A model generated the notes under the pieces. It saw only the letters and a program-made list of their open reading frames with translations, did no database searches and was not told the DNA's origin. Below are positions 1 through 12,914 of a DNA stretch of 64,000 bases, piece after piece. This DNA is from Dudresnaya verticillata (taxonomy: Eukaryota). Where the stretch lies: contig OZ374563.1 in the NCBI GenBank assembly GCA_977862235.1, positions 248,001 to 312,000 on the forward strand, written 5' to 3'. Position 1 is the stretch's first letter. Every line of letters begins with the position of its first letter. The translations under genes were made by a program, and so were the position numbers.

Positions 1-1097
1 TTTTGTCATTGTCATCGCTTGCCATATGCTCCGGCGGTACCTTCGAAGGTACCCCGCTGCTGCCTGCGAGGGTAGTCACAATTGTTTCTGCTTTGCATCT
101 CTATAAAGATCGTTATAAACATGTCTATATTGTTCGACTAATCGCGTCGCGCATATGAACAAGGGCATGCACGCAGAGTACTCACAACACATAAAGTTTT
201 ATATATACAGTACTGTATCGATAGGAATACCGGCCCAACAGACTCGGTCAAAAGCGTTAAACGCTCTACCCTACGAACATAGGGTACTGCGCTACGTCTT
301 CGTCCACGTTTATTGCACGCAACAGGCTTTCCATTCGGAAAATGGAGAAATGAAGCAGACCACATTGAAAGCTTGCAGCGATATCTTGTTCGTAACTTGC
401 CGCCTCTCTCAGGATTGCTCTGCCTGACATCCTTCAGGACTGTCCGTCGAGCGCATTGTTTCAAGTGGTGCACTTTTTGCGCGCAAAAACTTGGTTATGA
501 CAAAAAACCAACTTGTACTACAGTCCGTTCGGAACTGCTTCTCGGGAAGCAAATCTGTTTTCGCGTTCTGCGAAGATTGTCCGCCTCTTCACATGCGGGA
601 CACCTGCACCCTCGAGGGTATGCGCGGCCGCATTCAACACCTTGTGGTGGAAGACTACAGTATACCAACTACAAAATACAAAATATGCACACTGTACTGT
701 ACCCCTTTAGGGGGCTGTCGGGCTCGTGACTACGGTCTTACGGTCTCAAGTCTGAGTCATGCAGCGCTGTATCCCATTCTTGTAACAAGGATCGCCTAAA
801 ATCGCAAACGCCGACATCGTTGCGTGTACTGCATCGACTCCGCACCATGATTGCGGGGGGGCCCTTTCTCCATGCGCCCGTTGATCGACCAACACACCAA
901 GTCGGATCGACTCCTGGCCTTCGCGTTGCGCCGCATTTGCTTCCTCTTCGCCTGTCCCGAGCAGCGTACGAAAACAATAGACTTTTTGACCACATCACCA
1001 TCATTCGATGCCGACAGAAAACCAAAGGAAAACAACCTACAGTCACTGTCACACTTGCAGATTGCTCTCTTCTCACACTACCACGCCCTGCAACAAC

Positions 1098-1105
1098 TAT
1101 ATAAA
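1098..1105 (+). promoter_or_regulatory. TATA box upstream of the decarboxylase gene
   Basis: TATATAAA lies ~130 nt upstream of the ATG at 1234 and is followed by a C-rich, 5'UTR-like tract. Confidence 0.55.
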
Positions 1106-1233
1106 CCAACCAGCACCACAGAGCCGCATCCATCCATCTTCACATTCACCAACCTTTCCTCTCCCAGAAAAGCTCCAGCCAACCCTCATCGTTTCAGTCT
1201 TCCTTCACCTGTTACCAACCATAGTCTCTCACC

Positions 1234-2448
1234 ATGTCTAGCTCTGCGGAAACTGCAATGGACCTCATGCGCAAAATGGCAGCCAGCCAGGTCCCCTTGA
1301 CCCCTGCCATGGAACAACTCATGGCAGAGCTTGAAAATCTCGTTCAAAACCCCGTCATCGAGGCTGCTTTCAATGAAGCAGTTGCTCATGTGACTCCCAA
1401 CACCACCAGCGGCATGGAAAACCCATGGCAATCCTTCACCATTAACCACTTTGTTGAGTACTTCCGTCATTGGTTCACGTATTTGCCCCAACCGAAGGGT
1501 GGTCTGGGCTACATCGTTCCGTTCACCTGGTTCTACCTCAACAACACATCGGCATATTACTTCCTCAACACCCTCAAAACGAGAACGGGCCGTGCCAGAC
1601 AGCACACAAGAGAAATCTTCAACTGGACAGTTCGCTTCATCATGGAACGCGGCAATTTCATGGATTCTCCAGACTCTCTCAAGTACGTGGATGAGTGGAT
1701 TGCAGACCCGGCAACACAAATTGACCAGTTTGTAATCCCGAAGGGTGGATTCAAATCATTCAATGAGTTCTTTGTGCGTGAGTTGGACTATTCCAAGAAT
1801 CCCAGGCCGATCAATGAGCCTGACGACGACATGATCGTGACTGCAACTGCAGACACGATCCTGAACTTTATTCTTTCAGACCTGACGCTCAAGACGGAGA
1901 TGAACGTCAAGGGCCGCCAGCTCAACGTCCGTCAGCTTTTGCACCGGTCCAAGTATGCTGAAAAGTTCGTTGGCGGCACAGCCGTGTCCTGCGTTCTCAT
2001 GCCAGGTGTGTATCACCATTACCATTCTCCGGTCACTGGAAAGATTGTGGAAGGAGTAGATGTTCCTGGTGTGTACAATGGTATTGTAGACGGAGAGCAT
2101 TGGTTCAACGAAATCTTCAATATCGGTGAAAGCACTACAGATTTTAGCATCTTTGAAGACTTCCATCGTGCGTACTTTGTTATTGAAACAAAGGACTATG
2201 GATACGTGGCTGTTATCCCAGTGGGATTGAACACGATTAGCAGAATCACCCCGTCTCTTGTTCATAAGAAGTCTGTGATGGTATCGCCTGGTGGAGATCC
2301 AGTGCGCATTAAGAAGGGTGATCCGCTCGGAAGTTTTGCATATGGCGGATCTCTCAACATATTGCTCTTCCAGAAGGGCGGCTTTAATTCTGTGAATGTT
2401 CTAATGGGACAACGCATTGGGGTACTTGCACCGCCGTCAGAAGAATAG
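1234..2448 (+). CDS. Phosphatidylserine decarboxylase family proenzyme (pyruvoyl-dependent), with a PSDC/PsiD-like N-terminal extension
   Basis: 404 aa intronless ORF with FKSFNEFFVREL, ATAD (catalytic Asp region), YHHYHSPV (His) and KKGDPLGSFAYGGSLNILLF (GGS self-cleavage motif). Confidence 0.9.
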   Translation: MSSSAETAMDLMRKMAASQVPLTPAMEQLMAELENLVQNPVIEAAFNEAVAHVTPNTTSGMENPWQSFTINHFVEYFRHWFTYLPQPKGGLGYIVPFTWFYLNNTSAYYFLNTLKTRTGRARQHTREIFNWTVRFIMERGNFMDSPDSLKYVDEWIADPATQIDQFVIPKGGFKSFNEFFVRELDYSKNPRPINEPDDDMIVTATADTILNFILSDLTLKTEMNVKGRQLNVRQLLHRSKYAEKFVGGTAVSCVLMPGVYHHYHSPVTGKIVEGVDVPGVYNGIVDGEHWFNEIFNIGESTTDFSIFEDFHRAYFVIETKDYGYVAVIPVGLNTISRITPSLVHKKSVMVSPGGDPVRIKKGDPLGSFAYGGSLNILLFQKGGFNSVNVLMGQRIGVLAPPSEE

Positions 2449-2922
2449 ATTGCGTGGAGTTAGGGTGCGCGTACTATAGCAGCTGTGGAGCAGTATCATT
2501 ACTCAGTGCAAGCCCAATTCGCGGGCAACCCAAGGGGCATTGGTATTGATGTATTGAAGTTAACACTTGACTGTTCTATTGCCAGCAAAGCTAGCAGCAG
2601 AGCACCCTATTGCGTACTTTTGCAAGATAGCAATAAACCTTACGAATTGCGTAGCCGACTGTTAAGGTGGGATCTTGTCGTGGGCGCTATTGTATGGGGC
2701 TGGCCGGTGATACACGAACACGAACGGAATTCGGTCCAATCATGTCCCTCTACAGTTTCATGGGTATGATGGCGCGAGAAAAAGATCTCTTTTTTCGCGC
2801 TTTTGCATAGGAGCCTCCGCCTTCGTCATCACCCTCTAGAGAGACATCGAAGCTCCGATCTTAGCGCCCGCAATTTCCGAACAACTCGGGACTTTGACGC
2901 CGCGCCATTCCCACCGTCCACG

Positions 2923-4344
2923 ATGGGATTCCTCTCCTTGGACGACAACCACCAAGCAAGCGAGCCCGCGTCATCTCCAGTCGTGCTCTCCACTGCGCAG
3001 CTGCAGCGCTCCCTAGACCTGTTTCGACTCCCATCCGAAGATGAACTGTTCGAGCTGCGCGATCTGCTCCCGCCAGGCACGGACCTCCACAGCGGCATTA
3101 CAGCCACTGTCGCCTTGCTCGTCGAAACACAAGTCGAGCCCGTCGTCCTAGACTCGTCCCCAGATGAGCTGGAGGACGCCATTTCACACCTCTTCTCGGC
3201 CCACCACAACGCCCACCCTGCTGACGTCCCGGACATCTACTTCTTGGACTGGCAGGACGAGTTCCGACTCTGCGCCGTGCGTCTCGGTATCTCCATTTCC
3301 TTCGCTCCGGTCGCACTGTCCGCGCTCGACCCGGTCTCGGAGGAGCACGCTGCGCTGCGGTCACAGGTCGCAGACGCCTGCAAGAAGGTATTTTCCCAGC
3401 CTGAAGAAAACTACGTTTTGCACCTTGTCTTGCGCTTACGTGGAGGCGAGCCAGAGCCAAACTTGCATGGCATAGACATCAACTACTTACTCAACCGCTC
3501 TGCGGACCCGGCTTCAGACACCATCACCACATCCCGCCCCGCTGCCTCCGAAGACGAGTGGCCACTTGTGCTCGGGGAGCCGTCGTCCGCATTCGTAGAG
3601 TCCGTAGAACCGAGCTCTGTGCTGGCGGCACTTCACAAATGCAGCGAGCCGAAAGACCGACGAGTTCTGTCTGCACTGAAGACTACGCCTGGTCTGTACC
3701 CAGATGACGCGATAGTCACTGGGAAATGGTTTCGGAGGGTGACGTTTCAAGCTGAGGGCGGCTCGTTTGTTGTGAGCTTCAAATCAAAACTGCGACGGGA
3801 ACCGGCAGACTTCAACGTGGAGGGTGAGGTTGGCTTTAACCAGGGCCCAGCTGCAACGTTGCGAGTAGGCACTGCAATCCGCCGGCGTGACAATGTTCAG
3901 CTGCGTGGAGATGCAGCCCTGAACAAGGTGCTGACGGATATTCGCACTTTTGCAAAGATTCGACGGTGGTTCTTGTCGTGTTTGATCCGCGGCACGATTT
4001 TGGTTGATGAGAGCAGCAGGTTTGATGGCTTCATCCCAGAAGGGATTGTGAGAGGGAAGGGGCGTGGAGTGTTACTGTCGCGTCCAATGCCGATGCGATA
4101 TTTCGCCGATCTGGGCGGAGTGATTGCCAGTCTCGGCAAGACGGTGATCTTCAAAAGTTATGCCGATGATGATCTGCGAGAAGTGACGCAAGTCTCCGAC
4201 GACGGGGTACTGATAGTCGGGAAGCGATTCAAAGCACGACCCCGGCAAAAGGGAGAAGAGCCAGCTGGGAGCAACATCGGATACGTGTGGACCGAAGACC
4301 ATTTGGAGGTAGGTCCGAAGCAAGAGGAGGATCTAGCAGGATAG
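2923..4344 (+). CDS. Unknown 473 aa protein with an internal ubiquitin C-terminal motif LHLVLRLRGG
   Basis: Long open frame with first ATG at 2923. The exact ubiquitin residues 67-76 are encoded at 3418-3447. Confidence 0.75.
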   Translation: MGFLSLDDNHQASEPASSPVVLSTAQLQRSLDLFRLPSEDELFELRDLLPPGTDLHSGITATVALLVETQVEPVVLDSSPDELEDAISHLFSAHHNAHPADVPDIYFLDWQDEFRLCAVRLGISISFAPVALSALDPVSEEHAALRSQVADACKKVFSQPEENYVLHLVLRLRGGEPEPNLHGIDINYLLNRSADPASDTITTSRPAASEDEWPLVLGEPSSAFVESVEPSSVLAALHKCSEPKDRRVLSALKTTPGLYPDDAIVTGKWFRRVTFQAEGGSFVVSFKSKLRREPADFNVEGEVGFNQGPAATLRVGTAIRRRDNVQLRGDAALNKVLTDIRTFAKIRRWFLSCLIRGTILVDESSRFDGFIPEGIVRGKGRGVLLSRPMPMRYFADLGGVIASLGKTVIFKSYADDDLREVTQVSDDGVLIVGKRFKARPRQKGEEPAGSNIGYVWTEDHLEVGPKQEEDLAG

Positions 4345-6001
4345 CATCAGGAATAATTCGGCAATGGACAGCAATGTTGTCTGTCGACTTGACGGCCCTC
4401 GTCAGGCAGACAAGATACAGATAACAATGCTGGTGTCAGATAGAGACGCAGGCTTCCCTTCCTGTGATCACGCTGCACACGTGATTCGCCCCCTCTCGCG
4501 GTGCTGTGTGTGCCCTACTTTTGCATGAGCTCCTTCCTGCCGCTTGTCGCTGCCGTCTGAATGCAACCCAACTCCATTCGCGAGGGGCGGTGTGGAGCTG
4601 CGAGATGTGTGCAGACGTACTGTTTTCGTGAAGAACAGCCGAGGAGAAAATGGGGTCTGGATCAGCTGGCTGGTGGTGCTGGTGGGAGAAGATTCAGTTT
4701 TGCAGCAAACTTGAAAAGCGTGTTGTAGCTGAAGACGACAACGCCGGGTCGCAGCGGAACAATGTAGAGCGTACCCAAGTGCGGGCTTCCAACAAATGCG
4801 TAAATCCCTCAGAGAAATGAGGCGACGACTGCAACGCAGACGGGAGATCATCTCCGCATGAACTGGGAATTGCATGCTAATTGTCGGCGAGTGTCAAGGA
4901 GGAATTGTTCTGGTCGCAGAGCTTTCGGGACCTGCCGTGGCCGTGGCGTTCTTTTCTGCTGTTTTTAGTTAATTCTCGACCCTTCCTCGGTGATGTTGGG
5001 GACGGTCAGATATAGTGAGTTACGCATATTGTTATCCACGGGCACAGCGACCTACTCCCGCGTATGATCGCCACTTAGCAAATGTGGCAGAGCTTTTGAA
5101 GCATAGTACCAGCAGTAGCGAGCTGCATACGTGGAAACATACATATAAGACTATGCGCCGCTTCGGCTTTCAATCACCGGATCAACGGTGTGTTTGCCAA
5201 TAGGCCGTTGACGCCGAGGCAAGCACACTCTAAACTTTGTTGAATAAACTTTATCATCACCGGATCAACGCAAATTATAATCCTGAGACCAGTGTTGGAG
5301 TCAGTGCGGCTCTTTGGCATACCCCCAATCTCTTCCTGAGGTGGCAAGTAGAGGTTGTATGTTACATATTGAGCAGCTTTTTCTCAGCATGTTGTGAGGG
5401 ACCTACAAATGTAGAACTGATGACTCAGGACCCCATGAGAAAGGAGGCCGAAAACGTCCTCCATAAGCATAGAGAGCGACAACCAGGCGTTCCCGTCTCC
5501 AACGGAACATTTCAGCACGGAATACGTCATTTCATAGAAAGAAAAACTGGGTGCGTTTCTTTCGAGTAGTTTCTGAGCATGAACACTCATTTGTTATTAA
5601 ATCTTAGGATTCTAACTAGGGTTCTGGTTCTAATGGTTCAGAGCCTTTTGATCGCTTTCATTAAGTTACCCGTTCTCCATTTTTGTCCAATCCATGGCAT
5701 TAATTCTCGACATAACATGAAACGCAGCAACAGTAACAGCAACATGTACTCACCGCACCGGCATCGCATGTAATGGTTGCGAGTAGCATGCCATATGCGG
5801 GCTGAGGGCAGCAACGGATTCCGAACACCAGCAGATGTTTCTGCCCTCAAGACAGTGAAGCGTGAGAGGACCCTCTTCGATTGTCTATTTCCTCTCGCGG
5901 TAATTAGAATTAGACAAGGAGGGAAGACGTGTAGTAGAGATAACGAATATAACTGACTGCGTCTGTCACTGCTTTCAGGGCCCGTCAAGTGCTAGATGGC
6001 T

Positions 6002-6054
6002 AAAGTTTTGTCGGCTTTCTTATTAACGCCGACAAAACTTTCTTATTAACGCCG
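6002..6054. repeat. Perfect 14-bp inverted repeat with adjacent direct duplication of the loop
   Basis: aaagttttgtcggc-(12 nt)-gccgacaaaacttt; ctttcttattaacgccg occurs twice. Confidence 0.85.
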
Positions 6055-9000
6055 CGTGTGAGCAAAGCAGCGTTCTTCTGATCCCAAGAGAATGTTGGGC
6101 ATCGGTCTTCCTCCGGGACGTGGCCATGAGGCATCCGACATGAGGTACATAAATAGGGAACATTTGGGTGTTAGTTTTCTGTGGGTAGATGGGTATAGGT
6201 CAAGTATTCCGTTTGGTATTTGAGTCTAGAACCATAGAATCCTCTCAATTCGATTGGGGTCTCGAGTAGCAACGTTCAGGGGTGGGAGCACGCGGTGCAT
6301 CGCTTTTTGAAATGGAAGAGTACCTTTCCCGCATATTTGCAGGTTTGTCCAATAGAAACGACGCGCACCAAGACAAAGCTACTACTTGCCGTCCCAAACT
6401 TATAAACAAGAATGTCTCAGACGGGCTCACGATGGCCGCAAACGTGCAGAACATTCGTGTCTATCAAAACTCCGTTTGGAAAGACTCCGTAAGAGCCCCG
6501 TGTCTACACGAGTGTAGATACCTACTGAAGGTAGGATCTTAAGTAGGGAGCATCACAGCACTACACCAAGCAAAGCCACACGGAAGCGGCCATAACTTTG
6601 TGGTTTATTTGTGCTTCGTCCGCCATGGAGGTCGTGGGATCGAGTCCCGCGGGGGCGTGCACGTGCGAAGCTGGAGAGTAGTCTACACGCGGAACGTGTC
6701 GTTGAGCATTTGCCTTTGAGATCCCTTGAATCTTCTGTTACACATCTTCAAACGATTACAAAGATTTTCCTGAAGCTACAAGGAATTGTTGAAGTCTAAG
6801 GCACTTCGCTACTTGCTACGAATGCGTAGAGATTACATGCGTGGCCTAAAGTACACCTTAGCAACCACCCAGCCCCAACCAATTATAAACAGCACAATTC
6901 TCCTTGCTTCTATCGTAGCCGATTCCATGCAGGTTTGGAATTCTTAGCCAACTGGATGATAGAAGCGGTGAAGGGGGCGCACCTACTTGAACCCCATAAC
7001 TCAAAATGGAAACGATTCACCAATGATCGTGATTATGGGTTATTGTAAGCTACGCCTGAACGCTCTGATTTCCACTCCGTTTTCCCCGTGATTCATCAAT
7101 CCTGCGTTCGGATAGCCGATAAACTGTTACAATCCGTTTCTACTCATTCGGATCAGATTGAACCTTTCTGAGGATTCTTACTCGGCGCCCGCCACGTCGG
7201 CAGGGCTCAACTCTATCGCCTCTCCCTCCTTCTCAGCAGTAGATGTTCCGTCTCGGATATCCCCCTGGATAAAACCCTGGAATCAAGAAAATTCTCTTCC
7301 TTCTGAATGTTTCCTTCAAGCTACCCGAGTCGGAGTTAATCCTCTCTAGTTGTCACACCGTTTCGACACATTCGATCGAACTGGAGTCCGAAATTCTTCG
7401 GAGGATTTCGACTTGCAGACATGGAGAGCGGTTACAGATTACTGAACGATCAGATGCCAGCACCACATGTAGAACACTACCACTACAGTTCGCCCTAATA
7501 GGCCTCCGTCACATACCTAGGATTTGCCAAAGCAACCAATAAAACAGTATCACCACTATGAAAGCACCGATGAAACTATTGTTGCAATCGTTATCGTAAA
7601 GCCTGTAGCATTCTGAACAGATGAAATACAACTGGAAACTCTTGGTGTTAGTGATGACTTATAGCCTATGAGTAGACAACCTCTGTTAGTAAATATAGGG
7701 GATGTTTGCGATAGACACTGTTACAGACACTAATGACTCTAACAAGATACAATTCAGAAACGTCCGTTGTAGTGCAAGGGATGATAGCACCATAGCAGTT
7801 CCATAGCAGCTTGTTCGTGACTGTTGCAAAATAGAAAAGATGATGCGCAGACGAGACAGGATGTATTGCAAGACATGTTGGAAGCTCACTTCTCCCGTCG
7901 TGGGACGTAAAGCAACTCACGTGTTTTCTTATGCTTCTGTCTTTCTGTTTGATTTTCCACAGGGATAAACTTACAGATGTTAGGATCCAAAATCTTCTTC
8001 CAGTGCAGCTGTTTGTAAGCAAAGGCCCGTGTGCTTGCCTATGAGCCATCGTCGCTCGCACAAGACCGCGTTAATCAAACAATAAAAATCAAACATCACA
8101 GGAATATATACGTGTGCCGGATTGCAATCACTCGAGCAGGTTCTATTCTTGCTTTTGCTTTACATGCAGTGTTATTGCTTGCAATCAGTTCGAAGTCGTG
8201 ATGGCACTCATGGTCCATGAATCATGGAATTCCTTCCACGGCCGCTTTAGAATTAATGCGAAGACATATTCGCGACAGTCGGGAAAGCTTGCTGTTTCAG
8301 GCTTTCATGCTAGGATTCTCTTTGTATAGCAGCAAGATTCTTCTAGACTGCAAAGGATCACCTTTTCTCTCAATACTCACATTGCATACAAATAGGCCCC
8401 ATAAGACAGAACATTTAGCTTCCTAGTCTTAGAGCCAGATTGCGGATATTCTACATGACGGCGATTATCTTTCTGTACCTTTTATGGTATGACCGCTGTG
8501 AAACGTTTCAAGCGCTTCTACATCATCATAAACTGTTGAGATAGTTACGCATTAAACAGAAGCTGAGCCTGAAGCTACAAATAGCGAATGAAAATGGGGT
8601 GCCCTGCTCCCTACCTGTTGACTACCCAATGTAATAAATGCTATTGCTGACAAGGACCACACTCGATAGGACTTTCAATGACAATGCGGCAGTTGGAGCT
8701 GGGTTCCCACACCCGTCGCACGATTACGGCTGAAACAGTCTGACCAGTGATGGAGATGGAAACGGGTAGTCTCTGAATCTTGCGAAACATCCAACCGACA
8801 ATGTGATCGCAGCATTTTTTCTTTCGCTGCTACAACAGTTGCCGTAGGTCTTAGCAAGAAGATTTAGCTCCTGTTTACAGAGCGCAAACGACTCCAAAAT
8901 TAAGTGAACGACATCCCTACTGGTACACTCGTGGGAAATATTGAGAACATCTGCGGTTCTGGTCAGCCGTGTGGTTTCAAGTACGTTAGCCAAGAAGGCT

Positions 9001-10520
9001 TTAGAGAAGAAAACAGCAACGCGTATATTCCGGAATCAGCCTGGAGACGGCAACATCTGATTTGAGATGTCAACTGGATTTACAGTCGCCGGCACATGAT
9101 CTGTGTTTCGACGGCTACGACGTCTCTCGCTAGATTGGAACTGCTATCCATGTCCAGGCGACGTTTTCAGAGCATTGTTGAAAGGAATAGCAAGACTTCG
9201 GCGGCATTTCCAGGCATCCCTCTGCTTGCAGAGTCTTGAGAGTGAATCGCAGTCGTAGACGCGTTGCGCCGTAACGCGCACTGCGCGTCTACGAAATCAT
9301 CGATCAAGCCAGCATTGAATCCTTACTGCAGCTGTCTTTCTTTCGAGCCGAAAGGCATACAAAACTTGTATCGTTACTGGTGGAGAATACCTACACGCAC
9401 CGCATTTGATGCGCAAACTTACCGAGAGTGGACTTCTAGCCTACTGGCTTCGAGACCAACACCTGCATGAGCTGCTGTTACAATTTTTTTCGCGGACAGC
9501 TGAAAGTCACTAAGTTGTAGTTGTAGTGTCTATCTATCCAACGGAGTGCGCTCCGTTATGGATGTGTTCAGAGTGCACATCAACGCGTCAGGAGCGACGT
9601 AACATTTAGAATCTTAAACAACTTGTTTCGTGGGGATTTGGATGTCATCTGCGGAAAGCTATGTGGAAATGAGCGAGCTTTGTTGCATCACGCATCAGAA
9701 GTCTTGTGCGGTGTGAAAAGTGTCCATTCATGGTATATCGCCGAGAACTATATCTGACAGGAAAAACACGACCTGCGAGAATCCAATACTGAGGTTGATC
9801 AACCTCAAGAGACCCTGAGCAGAGCCCTAATTCACGATATTGGCAGAGAGCACTTCAAAGAATAACAGATTTAGAGCAATATGCGTGTAGCGCTACTATG
9901 TTCACTTGGCACTGCCTGTTTTCCTCGAGGTCCAAAAAGCGGGTCACCATACCCTTACATCCCATAAAACAGCGTGGGATTGGAGACACAACAATGTGAA
10001 GGAGCTTTCTGTGTCACAAAGAAAGCACGAACTCGGCAGAAAACGAGCAGTGTAGTCTACAGCAGCAACCTCTGAAGTTTTGAACGAGCTTTGAGTTTGG
10101 TAGGTCTGTATCCATGTGCGTGTGAAGGTGATATGTTTGTCAGCTATAGGCAGTTTGAATTGCATGCCTCTTTCATGTAAGCGATTGGCACGATGCTAAC
10201 AGCAATAGGATTGCAAATCTGTGCCGCCTTGAGCAGCCATGCACGCTCCAGGAGACTCTCTTGTTTCAAAGGATCTCAAATAGAAGAAAACAGTCCACCA
10301 CAACCTGCGCATGTCATAGTGACTAACGCAAGGATGCAATTGAAGGAAATTGTGGCTGGTAGACTGGGGGACACCCGGCGGCAATCCATTTTGTATTTAA
10401 CTGCCGCTGATTCCAGACGCTGAGCTCCACAACTACCACCGGCACCACCAGGAACTCGAAAGCTGCAACTACCGCGTTGAAAATCTTGTCATCCACAGTC
10501 GCAGTATCTGCTCAGCAAGA

Positions 10521-10685
10521 ATGTCTGCTCGTCTAGTTGCTATCTTCCTCTCTCTGCTCTTTTTGGTTTGTGCCATAGCAGAGGCCAGACACATCCAGAA
10601 AAAAGCAGAAACTACAGAAGATACTGAACGTTTTATGTGGAAACCGGAGCGCACTTACCCTCCTGTGAAGGACCCGTTCAAGTAA
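10521..10685 (+). CDS. Small secreted peptide precursor (54 aa), absent from the ORF track
   Basis: Manual translation gives MSARLVAIFLSLLFLVCAIAEARHIQKKAETTEDTERFMWKPERTYPPVKDPFK*, with a classical signal peptide ending in AEA|R. Confidence 0.6.
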   Translation: MSARLVAIFLSLLFLVCAIAEARHIQKKAETTEDTERFMWKPERTYPPVKDPFK

Positions 10686-12860
10686 GGAGAGGAAGAGTCG
10701 CAACAACCAGCAAGGTTTGTTTGTTTGCAAAACGACACACTGGAGCTATGGTCGCCCTCGAAAGAATATGGGAGCTGCTGCCGTTAGTGTGTCACTTCGG
10801 GATAGGGCTTGGAATGTGAATCCTTCGATGTTCTGAAGTCACAAAGTCTGCAAGTTTGATTTTTGCTAGTGTGTACAATCTCAATTGTTTGTATATGGAG
10901 TTTTCTGTCGGAGTACGTTTCTCTTAATAGAAGTGGTGTTAACATTGTTGGGGGTCGAGGTTTTATCGGAGAATGTTGCTGATATGTCTTGAATCTGAAC
11001 ATAAACGGAAGGTGAGCTCTGCATTTTTTTAGTAAACAACTGCATGTAAGACGATTAAAACTTTTTGAAATGTGTCTTCACTCTGTGAGATGGATAGATC
11101 TTTTGATGTTTTCCTACGGCGCAAGCACTTGTTGCAAAGCGGTCCCGGTAACTCCTGGCGGGTGCCTTCTGAAGTGCCTCCAGCGGAGACACATCATTTC
11201 CCGACTTTATGTCTTGAAAAGGGAGGTGAATATTTCCCATCTTTTATCGATTCTTTTGCATCGCCTGAATTTTCCCTCCTGTTCCGTAACATGAATGGCT
11301 AATGTAGCTAATATGCGGAAAATTTGCGCTCAGAATGTCGTGTAGAGAAGAATGGGTCTTGTGGCAATTAATCTTGAATGGCGGTGAGTTTTGAGCTGGC
11401 GAAGCCAAGAGCCCGGCCTTTACACTATAGGCTTGGTACTTAAAATGATGACTATGTAAAGAATTGACCTTCGAGAGAATGAGAGCAACGGATTGTTGCA
11501 ACTCATCGATATATCGCGATATTCCTTATCTTTTCGGTGCTTCAAAGTAAAGATGGGTCCAGGTGCGCAAGGTGAAGCTTGTAGTGTTGCGGATGCATCG
11601 ACATCTCGAGAAAGCTGCTGCCAAAGGTGTGTTAAAAAGGGATGACATTTTCTACTCCAAAAAAGGGACTACTTCGAACGGGACCTCTCTGATCTGTGCT
11701 GCCCCATCGCGCTTCAACTCTAAGGTTTTGATGGTAACAAGTCTCTGCTATGGTGAGAGTGCTAGTAAGGAAGAAAACCGGCTCTGCCGAGGCTCCCAAT
11801 AGGAGGACTTTCCGCTCGCATTCCCAGACATAAATATGCACTCCGAAAAGATGATTGGTTGTTTTTTCCTTATAAAACATGATTGGGTGTTTTTGATAAT
11901 GGCACGGCGCATGTAGTACCACCTTGAGACATCTCCCGTCCAAATTAAACCGCTGAAGCTGTCTCGGGTTATATATGTATGTCATTCCTGGCCCACCTTA
12001 GATGTATAGAGAACGCGCAATAACACAAGTGCCAAACAGCGGCGGTATCAAGCATCAGAGAAATGTAGCGGTATGAGACCTGCATGTAGGTACAAAATCT
12101 AGCTGGATGGAGTCAACCTATATTGCATATTGTCATCCTGCCACCAACTATATCCGAGTTCAGCAGAACGAAGCACGACTTCAATATTTCGGTGTTTGGC
12201 TGCATCTGTTGTACGCAATAGACCTCCATAGCGCAAATGAAAAAACTATTCAACTTTCCTGGACCCGGGTATTAAGTCTGCCGTCTGCAAAGTCGAAACA
12301 CATAAAGAATAGTTTGTTTTCGGAACTTGCAATGTGTGATATCTTTGATGGCTTATTGCAGTAACGACGGGAGTGAGCCAGCCCTTCAAAAGCCAGTTGC
12401 TTGTTGCAAACTCAGCTCCGTTATACCTCCACCTGACTAGCATTTGACCGGGTACCGCTCAAGGGTACCTGCAATTGTGAAACAGGTTTTTTTCCATGTG
12501 TCATTCTGTCGAAGCTTGGAATGATCTCCTGGACGAGTGTTGCTGTCAAACCACAAGGCGGTGGGCGCGACTACTGACCCCCAATCTAGGCGGTTCTTGA
12601 CAACGAGACAATAATGTTTGGTACGAACTGGACGGATATATTGCTTCCGTAGTTGCAAATTTGCAGACAATCGTAACCTGGGAGATGTTGTGCACTTGTG
12701 TCTGCACTTTTTAGCGCCGCACAAGGATTTGGCAAGATATACCCCTCGGCTTTTTGAGTCTTTTCTTCGGGATCGCCTCCTCATTCCTGTGTTCCTACGA
12801 CATGCTTCAAAACCACACTGCCTTGGCAGCCCTGAAACTGACAGAAACGTCTTGCAATCA

Positions 12861-12914
12861 TTTCCGGATGTTGGCCCTGTTGGGTACTTTCCGGATGTTG
12901 GCCCTGTTGGGTAC
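12861..12914. repeat. Perfect 27-bp tandem duplication
   Basis: tttccggatgttggccctgttgggtac x2. Confidence 0.95.

Noticed and set aside
36..53. 18-bp perfect palindrome ggtaccttcgaaggtacc as a terminator or ncRNA
   Set aside because: No U-tract or gene context, and it sits at the window edge; no function can be supported.
11290..11800. Possible MATH/BTB-like pseudogene
   Set aside because: Many stops and no diagnostic motif.
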